64,000 nucleotides of DNA. Source: Camelus ferus (taxonomy: Eukaryota). The stretch covers positions 70,682,001 through 70,746,000 of the forward strand of contig NC_045696.1 of the NCBI RefSeq assembly GCF_009834535.1, written 5' to 3'. The position numbers were made by a program, and so were the translations under genes. The notes beneath the pieces are model-generated. The model did not search any database, was not told the origin of the DNA, and worked only from the letters and a program-made list of their open reading frames with translations. Below, in pieces: positions 12,301 to 25,800 of this stretch; position 1 is the stretch's first letter; each line of letters begins with the position of its first letter.

Positions 12301-15300
12301 GGTGGTGAGAATAATGCAGGGACTTCCACGCACAGGTGAGGGCAGGAGTTGGGATGCGGAGGGCGCTAGGCCAAGGGAACTGACTTGGCTGTCAGGGTGT
12401 CAAGCACAGCCACTAGAGGGGCAGGAGAACGTGGCTCAGTTCATATCAGCCAGGACAGCTGGTCCATCAGGCTCGTGGGGTAGAGTAGCAGAGGTCCAGA
12501 GGCCAGAAGGCAGTGGCCACCTGGTTCTGGGGGGCTGGACCTCAGCTAGAAGTGGGGTGCAGCGAGGGGAGTAGAGAACTGTCAGGACCTCATTCTTAGT
12601 CAGATGGCTTTGGCAAGAGTAGTAAGAAATATAAGCTTTGGACTCAGACACACCTGGTTTGAAGCCTAGCTTCCTCCCCTGAGTAGCTAACTTTCATCTC
12701 TCAGTTTTCTTATCTATAGAGATAATCCTAGCACCTACTTCAGAGGAGCAGAGATTAAATGAGGTCATTTGTGGAGCTTCTGGCATGTACAGATGCTCAC
12801 ATAACTGTACCTGTTCTTACGAAGGTTATTAGCCCCTGAGATTATCAGGTTCCCAGAAAATGAGGAGGGATTTAGTGGTTTGATGGGTAGAACATGGCAG
12901 AAGCCTGTGCCCTGTGAGAAAGGGCAGTAAAGGAAAAATCACAGACTCCGACCACAGATAAGCCCCTGCTCAAATCCCTCCTCCACCAGTATCCTTTAGC
13001 AAGGACTTAATCTCTTCAAGCCTCAGTTTCCTCATCTGTAAAATGGAGACACTGTATCTGCCTTTAGAGGTTGTTGTGACAATTAAATGGGATCACAGAC
13101 ATGAAGTACTTAATCTAGTAGGTGCTCAGTAAATAGCTACTCTATGGATGGGTGAGGATGGGACCCACTGGGCACTTGGGGGCCCAGGACTCACCCCCTG
13201 ATCTTGGATCTGGGGCAGAAATACTTTCTCCCTGCAGCAGCAGAAGCAGCCAGAGCTCCGGGAGCTCCATGGGCATGTACGCTGTAAACACACGCACATA
13301 CTCTGATCAGTCTACCTTCCTGGACAGGATTGGCTCAGGAGCCAGGGGAGCCATGTTTGATGGTGGAGGGCAGCAGTGGCTCCAGCTTGGAGGGACCCAA
13401 GGAAAGAGAATAAAGGAAGGACTTGTGGAGGAAAGAGATCTTTTTCATTGATTCAGTAAGTAAATAAGTAAACATTTACTGTGCACTTTCTGTGGGCTAA
13501 GTCCCATAGACACCATGGTGACCAAGACAGCGTGGTCTCTGCACCCCCAAAACTGAGCCTACCAGGGGAGCAATGAAAGGGGAGCTTTAGGAATATCATT
13601 CATTCATTCATTCATCACACATTCAGGAAAGGAGGTGAGGAGCCTGTGCAGGCGTGCTGGCTGAGGTCGAGTAAGAGGGGATGAGAGCTGGGTGATGGCA
13701 CCAGGGCATGTCATGGTGGGGAGAGCAGCAGACTGCCCCGGCTCTGCCTCTGACCGGCTTTTTGGCTCTGGACGAGTTAGCTTTTGGGGTCTTCAGTTCC
13801 CTTCTCTGAAAGATGAGAATAATGGTACCTGCCTCATGGGATTTTGGTGACTATTAAATTAGGTGATGCATAGAAATCTTGGCTCTCAGTAATGTTCAAT
13901 AAATGGGGGCTTTTGTTTAAATAATGGGGTGAATCTAGGAGTCACATTGAAGGAATAAATGACAAGCCTTAGTGACTGAGTGTGGAAAATATTTTAGTTG
14001 ACACCTGAGCGATTGTAAGGTGATTGAATATCTTTTATGGGTCTGAATTGGAATTCCCTGCTGGGAAAGACAGTTTGGATGGAGGTGGAGTGGAGAAGCC
14101 AGTCCCAGCTAAAGGAGAATTCTGAAGTCACTTACAACCAGGAGAGATGGTTCAGTTCAGGGAAAAAAATACTTGAGTTCGGCCTCCTGGGTTAAACATT
14201 TCCACCTTTATTTTCTCCTAGATTCTCCCAACAGCAGGTGGAAGATATCCCTAGAGCCAGAGTCAGAGTTGGACTCCCCCGGTCCTTGGCCCAGGGGAAA
14301 CTGGGAGAAAAATCCTGGACCAAAAGTATAGTGTGGAGTAAAATGGCTGCTCAACAAACATCTTTCCCTCCATAGACTGAACAAAACTTCAATAAGCGTG
14401 TTACCTTTTTTTTTTTTTTAGTGGCAGTCCCATTGTAAGTTAAGGGGCTTACCGGACAAGGCCCCAGATAGAACAAAGGAAACACTCCCACCAACCCTTT
14501 TGCCAGGAATGAACTAAAATTTTCAGAGATGTCAGTGAGCCAAAATTCTCAGGGAGAAGTCCCAGAAGACTGTCCATCATGTGAGAAAATGTAGGCAAAA
14601 TATAATGTGTAAAATGATGAACCAGAAAACCATCCAGCAAGCCTGCACGCAGCTATGTCTTAATGAGGCAAACTCCAAAGGAGCTTTTCCTTTAATCTGG
14701 CATTTGAAATGAAATGCTGCTAAGAAGCCCCCACCTTACCCACCCCGCCCTTATGGGTTGCCATGACTACCCAAGTTCTTAGGACTTGAAAGAACTACCT
14801 CAGCGTTTCCCTCTATAACAAAAGAAAATTATTCCAGGTTTCTGGGCAGAGAACTCCGAGGAATGGGACCTGTTACTGGATAGCAGGTTCTTCAGAGTTG
14901 CAAGTGATGAAAAACGAGCCTACAGGGACTGGGGCCTTCAGAAAAGCTGGGGAAGGAAACTGGGGATGACAGCACCCCAGCGATCGCCCCAGCTCTCGGA
15001 GCCCGTGCTCTGCCGTCACTGCTGGCGCTCTCCCCTCAGCTGGGCCTCATTTGCCCCTGCAGTGAAGCACGTAAAAAGAAAACACATCCTCTCTCCATAT
15101 GGAAAGGGCAGGGATTTGGAGGGGAGCAGGTCCTGGTTCGGGAGATCCTGGGGTGGGGGGGTGGGGGCAGCAAAAGGTGCCTTCCTCTGCTCTCTACTTG
15201 GGTTTGCTCTTGGAACAGCCAAGGTGAGACCAACCTGCTGCGTGACCAAGAAGCCCCTCCAAAGTGCCCTTGAAAGATTAAGGGCCTGCTAATGAGGGCC

Positions 15301-15757
15301 AATCTAAGTCTCCTCCTGAATCCAGAAAGCAAAGCCAGGAGGCGACAGTCAGACAACCAACCTGCTCTCTCAAAATTCCCTCCCCTGCCTGAGCTTCAAG
15401 CCAAAATCCAGGGCCTTCCTTGACATCTGTCTATCCAATCCTTTATCATATTTTGAGTCTACTTCCTAAGAAGTCCTCAAATCCACCCACTTCTTTCTCC
15501 ATGGTCATTGTCTTCATTTAGGCCTCACCATCTCTAGTCTGAAACAGTACCACGAAATCATCTGCACACCAGGACTAGGGGGGCCGTTTAAACACACATA
15601 TCTAATCATCTCACCTCCTGCCTAAAAATCCTTCAGTGCTCCCCTGCCTTTAGGATACATTTTCAAATTCCTCAGAAAGACATGTAAGGCCTTTCATGAC
15701 AGACAGCTCTCAGCCCTGTTTTCTCCACATGCCAGTCAGAAAGAATACATTTCCCCA

Positions 15758-16427
15758 GACATTATGGAAAACAGTATGGATATTCCCTAAAAAATTACCA
15801 TATGATCCAGCAATCCCACTCCTGGGCATACATCCAGAGGTGACTGTAACTCGAAAAGATAAATGCACCCCAATGTTAAAAGCAGCACTATTTACGATAG
15901 CCAAGACATGGAAGCAAGCTAAGTGTCCATCAACAGATTAATGGATAAAGAAAATGTGATAAATATACACAATGGAATATTACTCAGCCATAAAAAAGAA
16001 TGGAATCATGCCAATTGCAGCAACATGAATGGACCTGGAGGTTATCATGCTAAGTCAGAAAAAGAAAGAGAAATATCATATGATATCACTTATATGTGGA
16101 ATCCTAAAAAAAGACGCAGATGAATTTAATTACAAAACAGAAACAGACTTGCAGACATAGAAAACTTATGGTGACCAAAGAGGAAAGGTGGGGGAGGAAT
16201 AAATTAGGAATTTGGGATTTGCAGATACTGCTATATATAAAACAGATAAACAATGAGGTCCTACTATATAGCATAGGGAACTATATTCAATACCTTGTAA
16301 TAACCTATAATGAAAAAGAATACATATATATAATTGTGTGTGTGTGTGTGTGTAACTGAATCAGTTTGCTATGCACCAGAGACTAACACAACATTGTAAA
16401 TCAACTATACTTCCAAAAAATAATTAA
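15758..16427 (+). mobile_element. 5'-truncated L1 (ORF2 C-terminal remnant and 3' UTR)
   Basis: ORF 15696-15941 carries the ORF2p C-terminal motif LWKTVW...LPYDPAIPLLGIHP...CTPM..AALFTIAKTWKQAKCPSTD; L1 tail CATTGTAAATCAACTATACTTC; TSD ATTTCCCCA at 15749-15757 and 16428-16436. Confidence 0.92.
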
Positions 16428-16474
16428 ATTTCCCCAATTTACATGCTCTCCCACATCTCCAAGTCTTCCCTAAC

Positions 16475-16940
16475 CCAGAGTGCTAGATGGATCTGCAGGC
16501 CCCTCCAGTCCCACTCTTCATCCTGCTCTGTGCCCTAGATGGATCACATAAACAAACTCCAGGTCCCTATGGCCTCTGGTTGAGTTTAGCCAGTGCGGAG
16601 CGATGGGAGGATGGGAGAAAGAGAAGCCAGGGTATTTACTCAGCTCCTGTGTAGTGGTTTCAGGCTGGCTGCTCACAGATGGAGGGTCACTCCTTCTATC
16701 AAGGTAGCCTGTTCTACAGGACTTTCTCTCCTTCCAGAGTACAGTAGCGCCCTCCGCCCCCTACTTCTTCTGGCCTAGGGGTAGAGATAGCACTGCTGCT
16801 AGCCTGGGTTTCTCTGACAGCTTGTAATGTTCCCCCATCCCCTACCCACACCTTTGCAAATAACCACTTTGTACATAAACCCTCCTCAAATTATCCTAAC
16901 TTAGTATGTCATCATTCCCTATTGGGATCCTGACTAATAG
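16475..16940 (+). mobile_element. LTR33-like ERVL solo LTR
   Basis: 3' end CCCACACCTTTGCAAATAACCACTTTGTACATAAACCCTCCTCAAATTATCC...GGGATCCTGACTAATA resembles the recalled LTR33 terminus. Confidence 0.65.
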
Positions 16941-18065
16941 AATCATCCTTTGTCTTTGCTAAATCATAAGTTTTCCTTGGGACTAAGCTCAGGCAACACC
17001 TCCTCCAGGAAGGCTTCCCTATTCTCCCCAGTATGGGTCAGCTGCTCCACCCCTGGGGCTCCCAGAGCTTCTATATATTCGTATGTCACAGCTCTTTTCA
17101 CACTTTATTGCAAAAGCCAGTCCTCTCTCCTAAATCTGAGTCTCAGGAAGGTGGGGACCATGTGTTGTCTCTCTTCCCTGAACCCCAGTACCTGGCACAA
17201 AGGAAGCCCTCGGGAAACATTTGCTGAATGAAGGAAAGAAGCAGGAGCCCAGAGTGAGACCCTGCCAAAGACATAGGAGACACTGCATCCACAGCATCTC
17301 TTTGTAGTACCCACTGTAGGATCAGTTAGATCACAGGCAAGGGCTTGAAGAAAAGCTATTATTTAAAGAATACCCCACATCCAGGGCCTGAGGCCCATGT
17401 CAGTGAGCATGGGGAAAGAGTGAGAGGGGTGTGCAGGTTCCTGTTTCAACAGCTATGCTTCCTGGGAAAAAAGAGTAGCCAGCCTTTCTCAGCCCCAGGG
17501 AGACAATGGAAGTCTCCGTCCTCGAGCTGGGAGCCCCGTGAACCTAGTGTGAACTGCTGGGAAATTCACATCAACTTACCAAAATAAATTACTAAAATCC
17601 AGGGGCTGTTCCAAAGGACTGAGCACCACTCAACCAAATCATTCATTCATTCATTCAACAAAGTTTATTGAGGCTCTGCTCTATGCAAAGCACTTCCCTT
17701 TGATTTACTCCACTGAAATTTTATCCAAAAGCAAAGAGTCACTTTTTCTTTCAGCCTGAGTCCCAGCTGGGCCCCACAAAAGGTCTAACGGGGCCAGAAG
17801 GTGGGCTTGCAGGTAGAAAGACCCGGGGCACTTGGACAAATCATGAGAGATGGGACCAAACATGATGGGTGGAAGGCAGATTCATGACCTGGCCTCTGGA
17901 ATCCTGGCTCCCTTCTTTTCCAGATATGTGACCTTGGGCAAGTTGCCTCATGTCTCCACGTCTCAGTTTCCTCCTGTGCAAAATGGTGGTCATAATAGGA
18001 CTTAGCTCACAGAGCTGTTGTGAAAATTAGTTAAGACAAAACATCCTCCAGGAGGTTGCCAAGAG

Positions 18066-18886
18066 CAGTGGATCCCGATTCTATCAGACCCAATGCTCCT
18101 TTTCTTATAGGAAGTATTTTGTAAGACCACTTTTACTCTTCTGAAATGAAATTTATAGACAATGTGACCCACCTACACACATAATCTTTTAAAGAATCAA
18201 TATACTGCCCTAATTGTAAGATAAAGAACTAAAAGGAAATAATTTAGAATAAAATAATATGATTTCATCTATAAATGTTTGAGCATAATTACACAAGACA
18301 ACTGTACCTACTTACAATAAGTTTGATTTTAAGAGCAGCAAAACTTCATTGACTGGAACATGAGGGCGCTTCTTTATACCTGATATTCTGAAACGGGACT
18401 AAACAGGTGCTATATATTCACACAGACATGTACGAACGCAGATGAATGGAGGTGTGTTTTAGCAACTCAAATATAGTGAGAAATTTTGCTGTTGGTATTG
18501 TGGTTTTCTGAAATGGTGAGCAATTCCTGGTAAAGATAAAATACAGTATTCTCTCAATTTGTAAGATAGTAGCATTCATGAAAACTTCAATGTACATTAA
18601 AACTATGCAGAAAGTATTTTGTGTTGATATACGAAAGGGAATTCGTTTCTAGGCTCAGACCAAAATAAAGGTATTTTCTACCTGTATGAATGTGGAGGGG
18701 GGCATTCAAAGGTCACATGAAGTGCAGGACAAATCTTTGGACAAAACTGCCACAAGCAAGGCAAGAAATCTGGCCCCCTCTGACTCCTGCAAGTAGTGCC
18801 CCAGCAACCAACAGAACGAACTTAAATATGCCACGAATTTCTAAAATGCCTCTAGGGGGCAGCACTGCCTCCATTGAGAGTCAGTG
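18066..18886. mobile_element. hAT-Charlie-type DNA transposon deletion derivative
   Basis: AT-rich ~820 bp block starting CAGTGGATCCC and ending TTTCTAAAATGCCTCTAGGGGGCAGCACTGCCTCCATTGAGAGTCAGTG (degenerate TTGAGAACCACTG-type end); inserted at the end of a MIR. Confidence 0.65.
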
Positions 18887-20720
18887 GGCCAGAGTTCAAG
18901 AGGTTACTCAACCAAAAAGGAATGCAGGAAGATAGCCACGCGTCCTCCGGGAGCACACACCAGACAGACAGCACTAGGGAAATTATCAGCCTTTTGCACT
19001 CAGCCCCCAGTGTTTTGTTGTGCCCTGCTACACTCTTGTTTGTTTGGGGCCATAGGGTAAGGCCCTTCCTCGAAGCATAGGGAGTGAGGTCTCTCTTAAA
19101 GAGTATGAAGAAGAAATCACCAACATAAGCAGAGCTATGTCACATAGACTTCGAGGTAGAGACAAAGTCTCAGCAAACTGACAGACCCTTGTATTTCTCT
19201 CCCCCTGGACAACTATTGGGACCCTTTTGAAAAGCGCCTCATATAAATATCAGCACTCTATAAATAACCCTCAGTTTGCTCACCTGTAACTCCGTTGTGA
19301 ATCAACACCAGGGGATTTCACAATGTTGTGTGTCTCTCAACGGAACATAACTAAAGAAAAGCCATTGTCTTTTGTGGGTATAAACCATATCTCTGGCAAA
19401 ACCACGCCATTCAGGTGAGCTGGTGTGCGCCAATCACCTTCCCTTCTGTATGCAGCCTTAATGACCACCAAAAACTTACCTGAATCCAAGTTCCTATTTC
19501 CCATAAAAAGGAGCTATCATTTCAGTCATCCCAGGAGAAGGCAGCTCCTCAGACAGGAAACTGGAATTCAGATGGTGGCACCAGACAGAAGGGGAACACT
19601 TGTCTCCTTCTTGACTTCATTATTTTGGTGAATCCATCAGAACTTTCAAGAAGGCAGCTGTTCAGGCTTCTCAGGGCTGCCGAGATGATCCTGACTACAC
19701 AGAGGCAACCGCACACTAGGATAAGGTGGGCCCTGAGCCCTCATGATCAATTTATGTCTTGTAGATGAGATTATGTGAAGTCATGTTACACTTCTGTTTA
19801 TTTCCCTTGTTATTCCCAACCTGCAGTAAGGTCTGCTCTGAAGGATCAAGCCTTGTCTCAGCTGCCCTGTGTAGGTGTGTGTGTTGGAGGGTAAGGACAC
19901 TGACTAGTGTCAGTGATGAGTAAGACATCCCAAGGGAAAACTCCAGTCACCTCTCTCCCCAGGGACTCTCCCCTCATCGGTAAGCTTGGAGGAGTCGGTT
20001 TTAATTCATTGGTAAAAGTAGTAGCTTTTCCCCACAGGGCCTGATAGAACCAGGGAGGCCCTAGTCTTAGATGAACCAGGTGAGACACCTAGAAGGAGGT
20101 GCAAGCTCACGGGCTAAGCCCACAGTCAGGTTATCAAAACTCAAGAACAAGAAGGTTGATCTTGTAGCAAAGAGACTTGATGTTGGGACGCATCCTGCAG
20201 TCTGTATCTATATTGCCAAGTGACAAAGTAGGTCCACCAGTAGTTGGTGGGGGTGAGCCTACCTTTGGGAGATAGTGGTCCCATCCATGGAATAGAACGG
20301 ATTCACCAAAGCTTGACATATGTTTTGGGGGACAGAGAAAGGCACAAGAGAAAAAGAGAACAAATACACAAATAAAACAGAAATAACTAAAGCTATTTTC
20401 TCAAGGTTTGTTTCTTACCACCTCTCATGCTGCTGGAAAGAGCCCCCAGAGGCAGGAGGGGCAGCCTCAGGGAGGAGACTGGGATGGTTCTGTTTTTTTG
20501 AAGAGAAACTGCCAACATCATTTCCAAACGTCCAGAGGTCTGTGACTTCCATGGCAACAGAGGGCTGAGGGTTGGGGCTGCTCTCTTCAGCAAGCCCACA
20601 GCCTCCAAAACATCCCTGACATCTTTGCTATCTGGCCTTCTGTTCCATACAACTTGGGGCATATTTTGGGAGTGAACCAGAGGGGGAGACCACTGAGTGT
20701 GAATACAGATCTCACAAAGC

Positions 20721-20896
20721 CAGCGCACTCAGCCCTGCATGCACATGAGAATCACCTGCCAAGCTTCATCACGTGCCCAGGCCCGGGCCCCACAGCCAGG
20801 GATTCTGATTTCATTGGTCTGGGGTGGACTCAGGTATGGATACTCTTTAAATCTCCCCAGGTGATTCTAATGTGCAGCCAGGGCTGAGAACCACTA
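20721..20896. mobile_element. MER5-family hAT MITE
   Basis: GAATCACCTG...GATTCTGATTTCATTGGTCTGGGGTGG...CCCCAGGTGATTCTAATGTGCAGCCAGGGCTGAGAACCACTA. Confidence 0.85.
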
Positions 20897-22254
20897 CTTT
20901 ATACAACAGGGAGAGGCCCTGAGGCCCTCACTCAGATCCCAGTTACTCTTTATATACACTTGTAACAATCCAGTTGTCTAGTTTCCTAGCTGGTATACAA
21001 TTAAAAGTGGCGTATTTAGAAGGAGAGAGAAAGGCTGCTAATGAAAAGACACTAATAGCAGCAGGACGTAACAAATGAGAGTCTGAGCACAAGGGTAAAG
21101 ATAGAAGGCCTATAAAAAGAAAACACAGCACTCAACCCTTCCCCTCACCAGCATATCCTATTTATGGGAAGGGCCTGAGGCCATCACTAGATGGAGGAGG
21201 GAGGAGGGTGGGCTTCAGTCCCAAGGGAATAACTATTACTGCCCCATTTTACAGATGAAGAAACCAAGACTCAAGGAGGATCACAGATGGGCTCACTTGA
21301 AGTTGCAGAAGCATTGAGCTGCAATGCTGAGATCCGAGTGTCAAATGTCAGTCGGTCCTTAAAAGCCCACATATGTTGGAAGGTGCCACATTTGCCTGTT
21401 TAGTACGACTGATATGTCTAATGATGACCCAAAGTCTAGAGCTCGGTCACACTCAGTATCCAGCCATTCAAGATGTTCATTCTAGGAACAGTTACACAAA
21501 CACAAATACAAATTTATGCTTCTTAACAGTGATGAAAGAATGGGGTATCCATTCGAGAAATAAATAAATAAATAAATCATACACTGTCTTTCCCGGCTCA
21601 CACTGTTCATCAAAATGAATACCAGATGGAGAAAGATGGAACTGAAACCATAAAGGTACTAGAAGAAAATATAAGTGGATATTTTATAATCTTAGGATGG
21701 GGAAGGACTTTCTAAACATGTCAACAAAAGCAGAAACCATAGAGGAAAAGATTGATAGATCTGACTACATTAAAAATTAAAAACTTCTGTACATCAAAAG
21801 CCACCATAAATTGAAAAAATGTTCAACCTCACTAGCATTCAAACAAAGGCAAATTAAAACAGCAATGAAAAACTTTTTTTCCCCCCTGATCAGATTGGTA
21901 ATGATTAAAAAGAATGATAACACTGGGAGCTGGTGTGGGTGGGGGGAAATCAGCACTGGTACACAGTTGGAGGGAGTGTAAATTGGTATAATCTTTCTGG
22001 AAGGTATTTTGGCAATGTGGATGAAAACAGCCTAAGAAGGCACATAGCTTTTGACCTAGTAATTCCACATATAAAATTTTATCCAAAAGAAAAAACTGAT
22101 CTACTCTATACACACATAAAATGCATGTAAGGATTTTATTCACTGAGGCACTCTTTGGAATGTTGAAAAATTGGAAGCAACCTAGATGTTTACCAGGAAT
22201 GAATTCGTCAAATAAATTATGCTATATATAGAAAAAGGAATACTATACAGCTAC

Positions 22255-22435
22255 TGGGGGGAGAGTACAGTTCAGGGGTAGAGCTTAGCATGCACGACGT
22301 CCTGGGTTCAAGCCCCAGTACTTCGATTAAGAAATAAAGAAAAAAGTAAGAAAACCTAATAATGTCCCCCCAAAACAAACCAAAAAAAGTGCAAAACATA
22401 AATCAACTATAAGTCAATGAAGGAAAATTTTAAAA
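22255..22435 (+). mobile_element. Camelid tRNA-derived SINE with L1-like 3' extension
   Basis: SINE head/body GCTTAGCATGCACGACGTCCTGGGTTCAAGCCCCAG; 16-bp TSD AATACTATACAGCTAC at 22239-22254 and 22436-22451. Confidence 0.88.
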
Positions 22436-22573
22436 AATACTATACAGCTACCAAAACTGATGCTGTGTAGACATATAGGCCAATGGAATAGAATAAAGCC
22501 CAGAAAGAGATCCAAATATATATGAGATTTTTGGTACATGATAAATACCAAATCAGTGAGGTAAAGATAGACT

Positions 22574-22814
22574 TAAAAAAATTTTTTTTATTGAAGTGTA
22601 GTTGATTTACAGTGTTAGTTTCAGGTGTACAGCAAAGTGACTCAAATATACATATGCACACATATGTTTTTTCTTTTCAGATTCTTTTCCATTATATATT
22701 ATTACAAGGAATTGAATATAGTTTCCTGTGCTATGTATAGGTCCTTGTTGTTTATCTATTTTATATATAGTAATGTTTGTCTCTTAATCCACAATCCCTA
22801 ATTAATCCTTCCCC
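22574..22814 (-). mobile_element. Younger L1 3' UTR fragment, antisense, inside older L1
   Basis: TTTTTATTGAAGTGTAGTTGATTTACA is the reverse of the L1 terminus; TSD AAGA(T/C)AGACTT on both sides. Confidence 0.8.
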
Positions 22815-25800
22815 AAGACAGACTTTGTAATAAATGGCACCCAACTAACTGGAAAAAGACAGATGCTGGACCAGTATTTCATACAATATACCAGGATAAG
22901 TGTCAATTGGATCAAAGATTTAAATGCACAAAATAAAACCATAAAATTACCAGAAGAATAATAGAACTCCTTTATAATCTTGGAGTAATGAAAACCATTC
23001 TAATTGGTTCAAGATCCAGAAGTCATGAAAGAAAAGACTGATAAATACACCTAAACAAAAATCTTCAAACTCCTGCAGGGACAAAGTACCATAAGCAAAG
23101 TGAAGACAAAAACAAAAGACTAACTGTATAAAAAAACTGCAAATCATTTCACAAAGGGTCAATCACTCAAATGCGTAATTTGTTTCTATAAATCAAGGAG
23201 ATGAATAACTCAATAGAAAAAACACTTTTTTTAAGAAAAGAGAAATACAGGTGACTTTTAAGCATATGAAAGAATATTTGACTTCATTAGTAATAATGAG
23301 TGCAAGTTATACTTGCAATGATAGACCCAGTTTTTACCTATCAGAAGTATAGGTATCCAAAATACACTTGACTAGAAGTTGTAGGGAAATACTCGCCCTC
23401 ATCCACTGCTGATAGGAATATAAAATGCTACACCCTTTTGAAGGGCAATTTGGCATTTTCTATTAACATTACTAATATATTTACCCCTTGGTTCATCAAC
23501 CCTGCTCTCTGAATTTTTCCTGCAAATGTATTTGCACACATAAGGAAATGACGTATGTATTATAACATTGCTTGTAAAAGTTTGAAATAACCCAAATGTC
23601 CAGTTACATGGAATTGGTTAGAAATTACTGTCCATTCACACCATAATATGCCACAAAGATGTGCTGATATAAAAAAGTCTCCACTACATATTATCAAGTT
23701 TTTTTTAAAAAAGCAAGGTGCATAATAATATATATAATGTGCTAACTTCTTTGTAAGAAAGGGTGGGGTGTATATAATTGCATTTGATTGTATTTTCAAA
23801 AAGGGACACTGTAATTATTAAAAGCAGTGACCTGTGGCGGGGGAAATCAGGAAACCATGTGAAGAAGGACTTGGGTGCAAGCAAAAATTCTCAATGTATG
23901 TTTTTTTGTATCATTTTAATTTTTGAACTATGTGAAAGTATTATCTATTTTTAAAGTAAAATTAATACATAATGGTGCAGATTCACTTGTGTTGACAGGA
24001 AAGATTTTCAAAATGGATGTAGTGCATAAAGTAGGTCACAGAAATACATATAGAATAATCTCACTTTTGTTTTTTAAAAAAATCATGTATCTCTATGGTC
24101 ATATTCTTATATATCTTGGGAAATAAGAAAATCTAAAACTTAATAGCAGTTATCTACAGTGGGGGAGATTTAGGGTCATTTAATTTTAATTATTTTTCTT
24201 TTTACCTATACTTTCTAATTTTTGTACAGTGATCATGTTTTATTTCTATAATTACAAAATAAACAGGAAAAAATATACCTTAAACAAGCCTCTAAGAAAA
24301 ATAACCCAGAAAAGATACTTGCAACGTGACAAAGAATTTAATATCCATAATATTTAAAGAACTCTTACAAAATGAGAAAAGAAGAAAGCTCCAGGAGAAA
24401 CTCAAATAACAATAGGATAAATCAATGTTTGTACAATTATACAATGTATTATTAGAAAGCAATACAATTACAGTATTAAACACTGTTTAATGACAAAGAT
24501 AGCCATTATATATTAACAAGGAAAAGCAGGTTGGCAAGTAGTGTTATTTTAATAAAAATTTATTCATACCAGTCTTATAGATTTTATCTGGTACATGTAT
24601 TTGTGTATAGCTATAAATATGTATACAGAAAAAAACTGTAAGGATAGTCCCTGAATGGTAAATATGATTTTTGGATGGTACGATTACAGGTGCTTAATAT
24701 TTTTCTTATCTTAATTTCTGTTTTTCTGCAATGAAATGGTTATTTGTAAAATAAAAAATAAAAGGAATTATTGTAATATTGCCTTGTGAAAGATAGCCAC
24801 AAGCAAGTTAATCACATTGTATTTAATAAGGAAAATCTGAAAACAACCTAAATATATAACAATAGGCATTAAATGTAACATGGGATCTGGGGAATATTTT
24901 CAAGCACAAATGACTACATTATAGAAAAATATTTATTAGTGTAAGAGATTCACAATATATGAAGAAATATATATATTGTGTATATAAAGCAGAGTATACA
25001 AGATAACGCCATTTTTTTTTGAAAAGCAGAAGTTTAGAACAATTGGGGGAGGAGACACACCAGGGTATTTGTCAATTGTGGTTACCCCCGGGTAAAATTA
25101 TAGGTGTTTTGGTTTTTTTTCTCTTGTTGATAGGATTTTCTCATTGTTCTCCAATAAACAATCCCTTCTAAAATGAGAAAAAAAATTAAGCACTAAGGAA
25201 TTGTTTAATGCTTTTTAAAAAATGATGCTTCAAGAGATAAATTCTAAGCTATCTTTAAAAAAGGCTCATCTGAAAGGAGAGTCTGGCCAAGTAAGGTGGG
25301 CTATCTCCATCTACTGATGCTAAGAAGTAGAGTGCAGTCTTGATCCTAAGCAGATGTCTTATCCCTCCTTCCTCCCTGTGTGTCTTTCTTGACCACATGG
25401 TGTTGGCCACCATGCTGGGTCCAAGGACACTGCACCAAGACAGGACCTCCCCCCACTCCCACCCTAGAGAATCATTGGTCCAGTCATTTGCCCTCTGGTA
25501 CCTCCCAGCTGGTAAGCTATTCACATGCTGGGAGCAGGTAGCGTGGTGGCTGAGGTGGCCAGGGCACAAAGGTTTTCTGTGGGGACCAGTTTTTGGCCCA
25601 GGCCCAGGCCCTCCCTTAACTGCTTCTGCTACAGCCTCCCTCTTCTAATCATGGAGCCCTTTAAAAGGAAAGAGCGGGCTCCGGGGCAGCGACCTCTTAG
25701 GCAGTCCTCTTCCAAAAAGGTGAGGGCAGAGAGGTGGGGTCTGAGGCCAAGGCAGCCCTCCTAGGCCCTTCGTGTCTACAGAGACATTATTGCAACCGTC

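Larger units (their letters stand above)
15360..17235 (+). mobile_element. L2 LINE split by later L1 and LTR insertions
   Basis: L2 body at 15360-15750 (TCTCACCTCCTGCCTAAAAATCCTTCAGTGCTCCCC) and L2 3' end at 16950-17235 (CCCCAGTACCTGGCACA...CATTTGCTGAATGAA). Confidence 0.7.
21560..25200 (+). mobile_element. Cluster of old, degraded L1 (L1M-type) fragments hosting younger insertions
   Basis: AT-rich; recognisable L1 ORF2/3' UTR remnants (AAACCATAAAGGTACTAGAAGAAAATATAAGTG, AAAAATTAAAAACTTCTGT, GTAAATTGGTATAATCTTTCTGGAAGG, CCAATGGAATAGAATA); no long ORF. Confidence 0.8.

Noticed and set aside
12409..12424. Additional CTCF-like motif CCACTAGAGGGGCAG (and one near 60533)
   Set aside because: Mismatches at core positions; too weak to call without ChIP data.
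15696..15941. ORF with a recognisable protein motif
   Set aside because: It is a fragment of L1 ORF2p C-terminus within a truncated L1, not a host gene.
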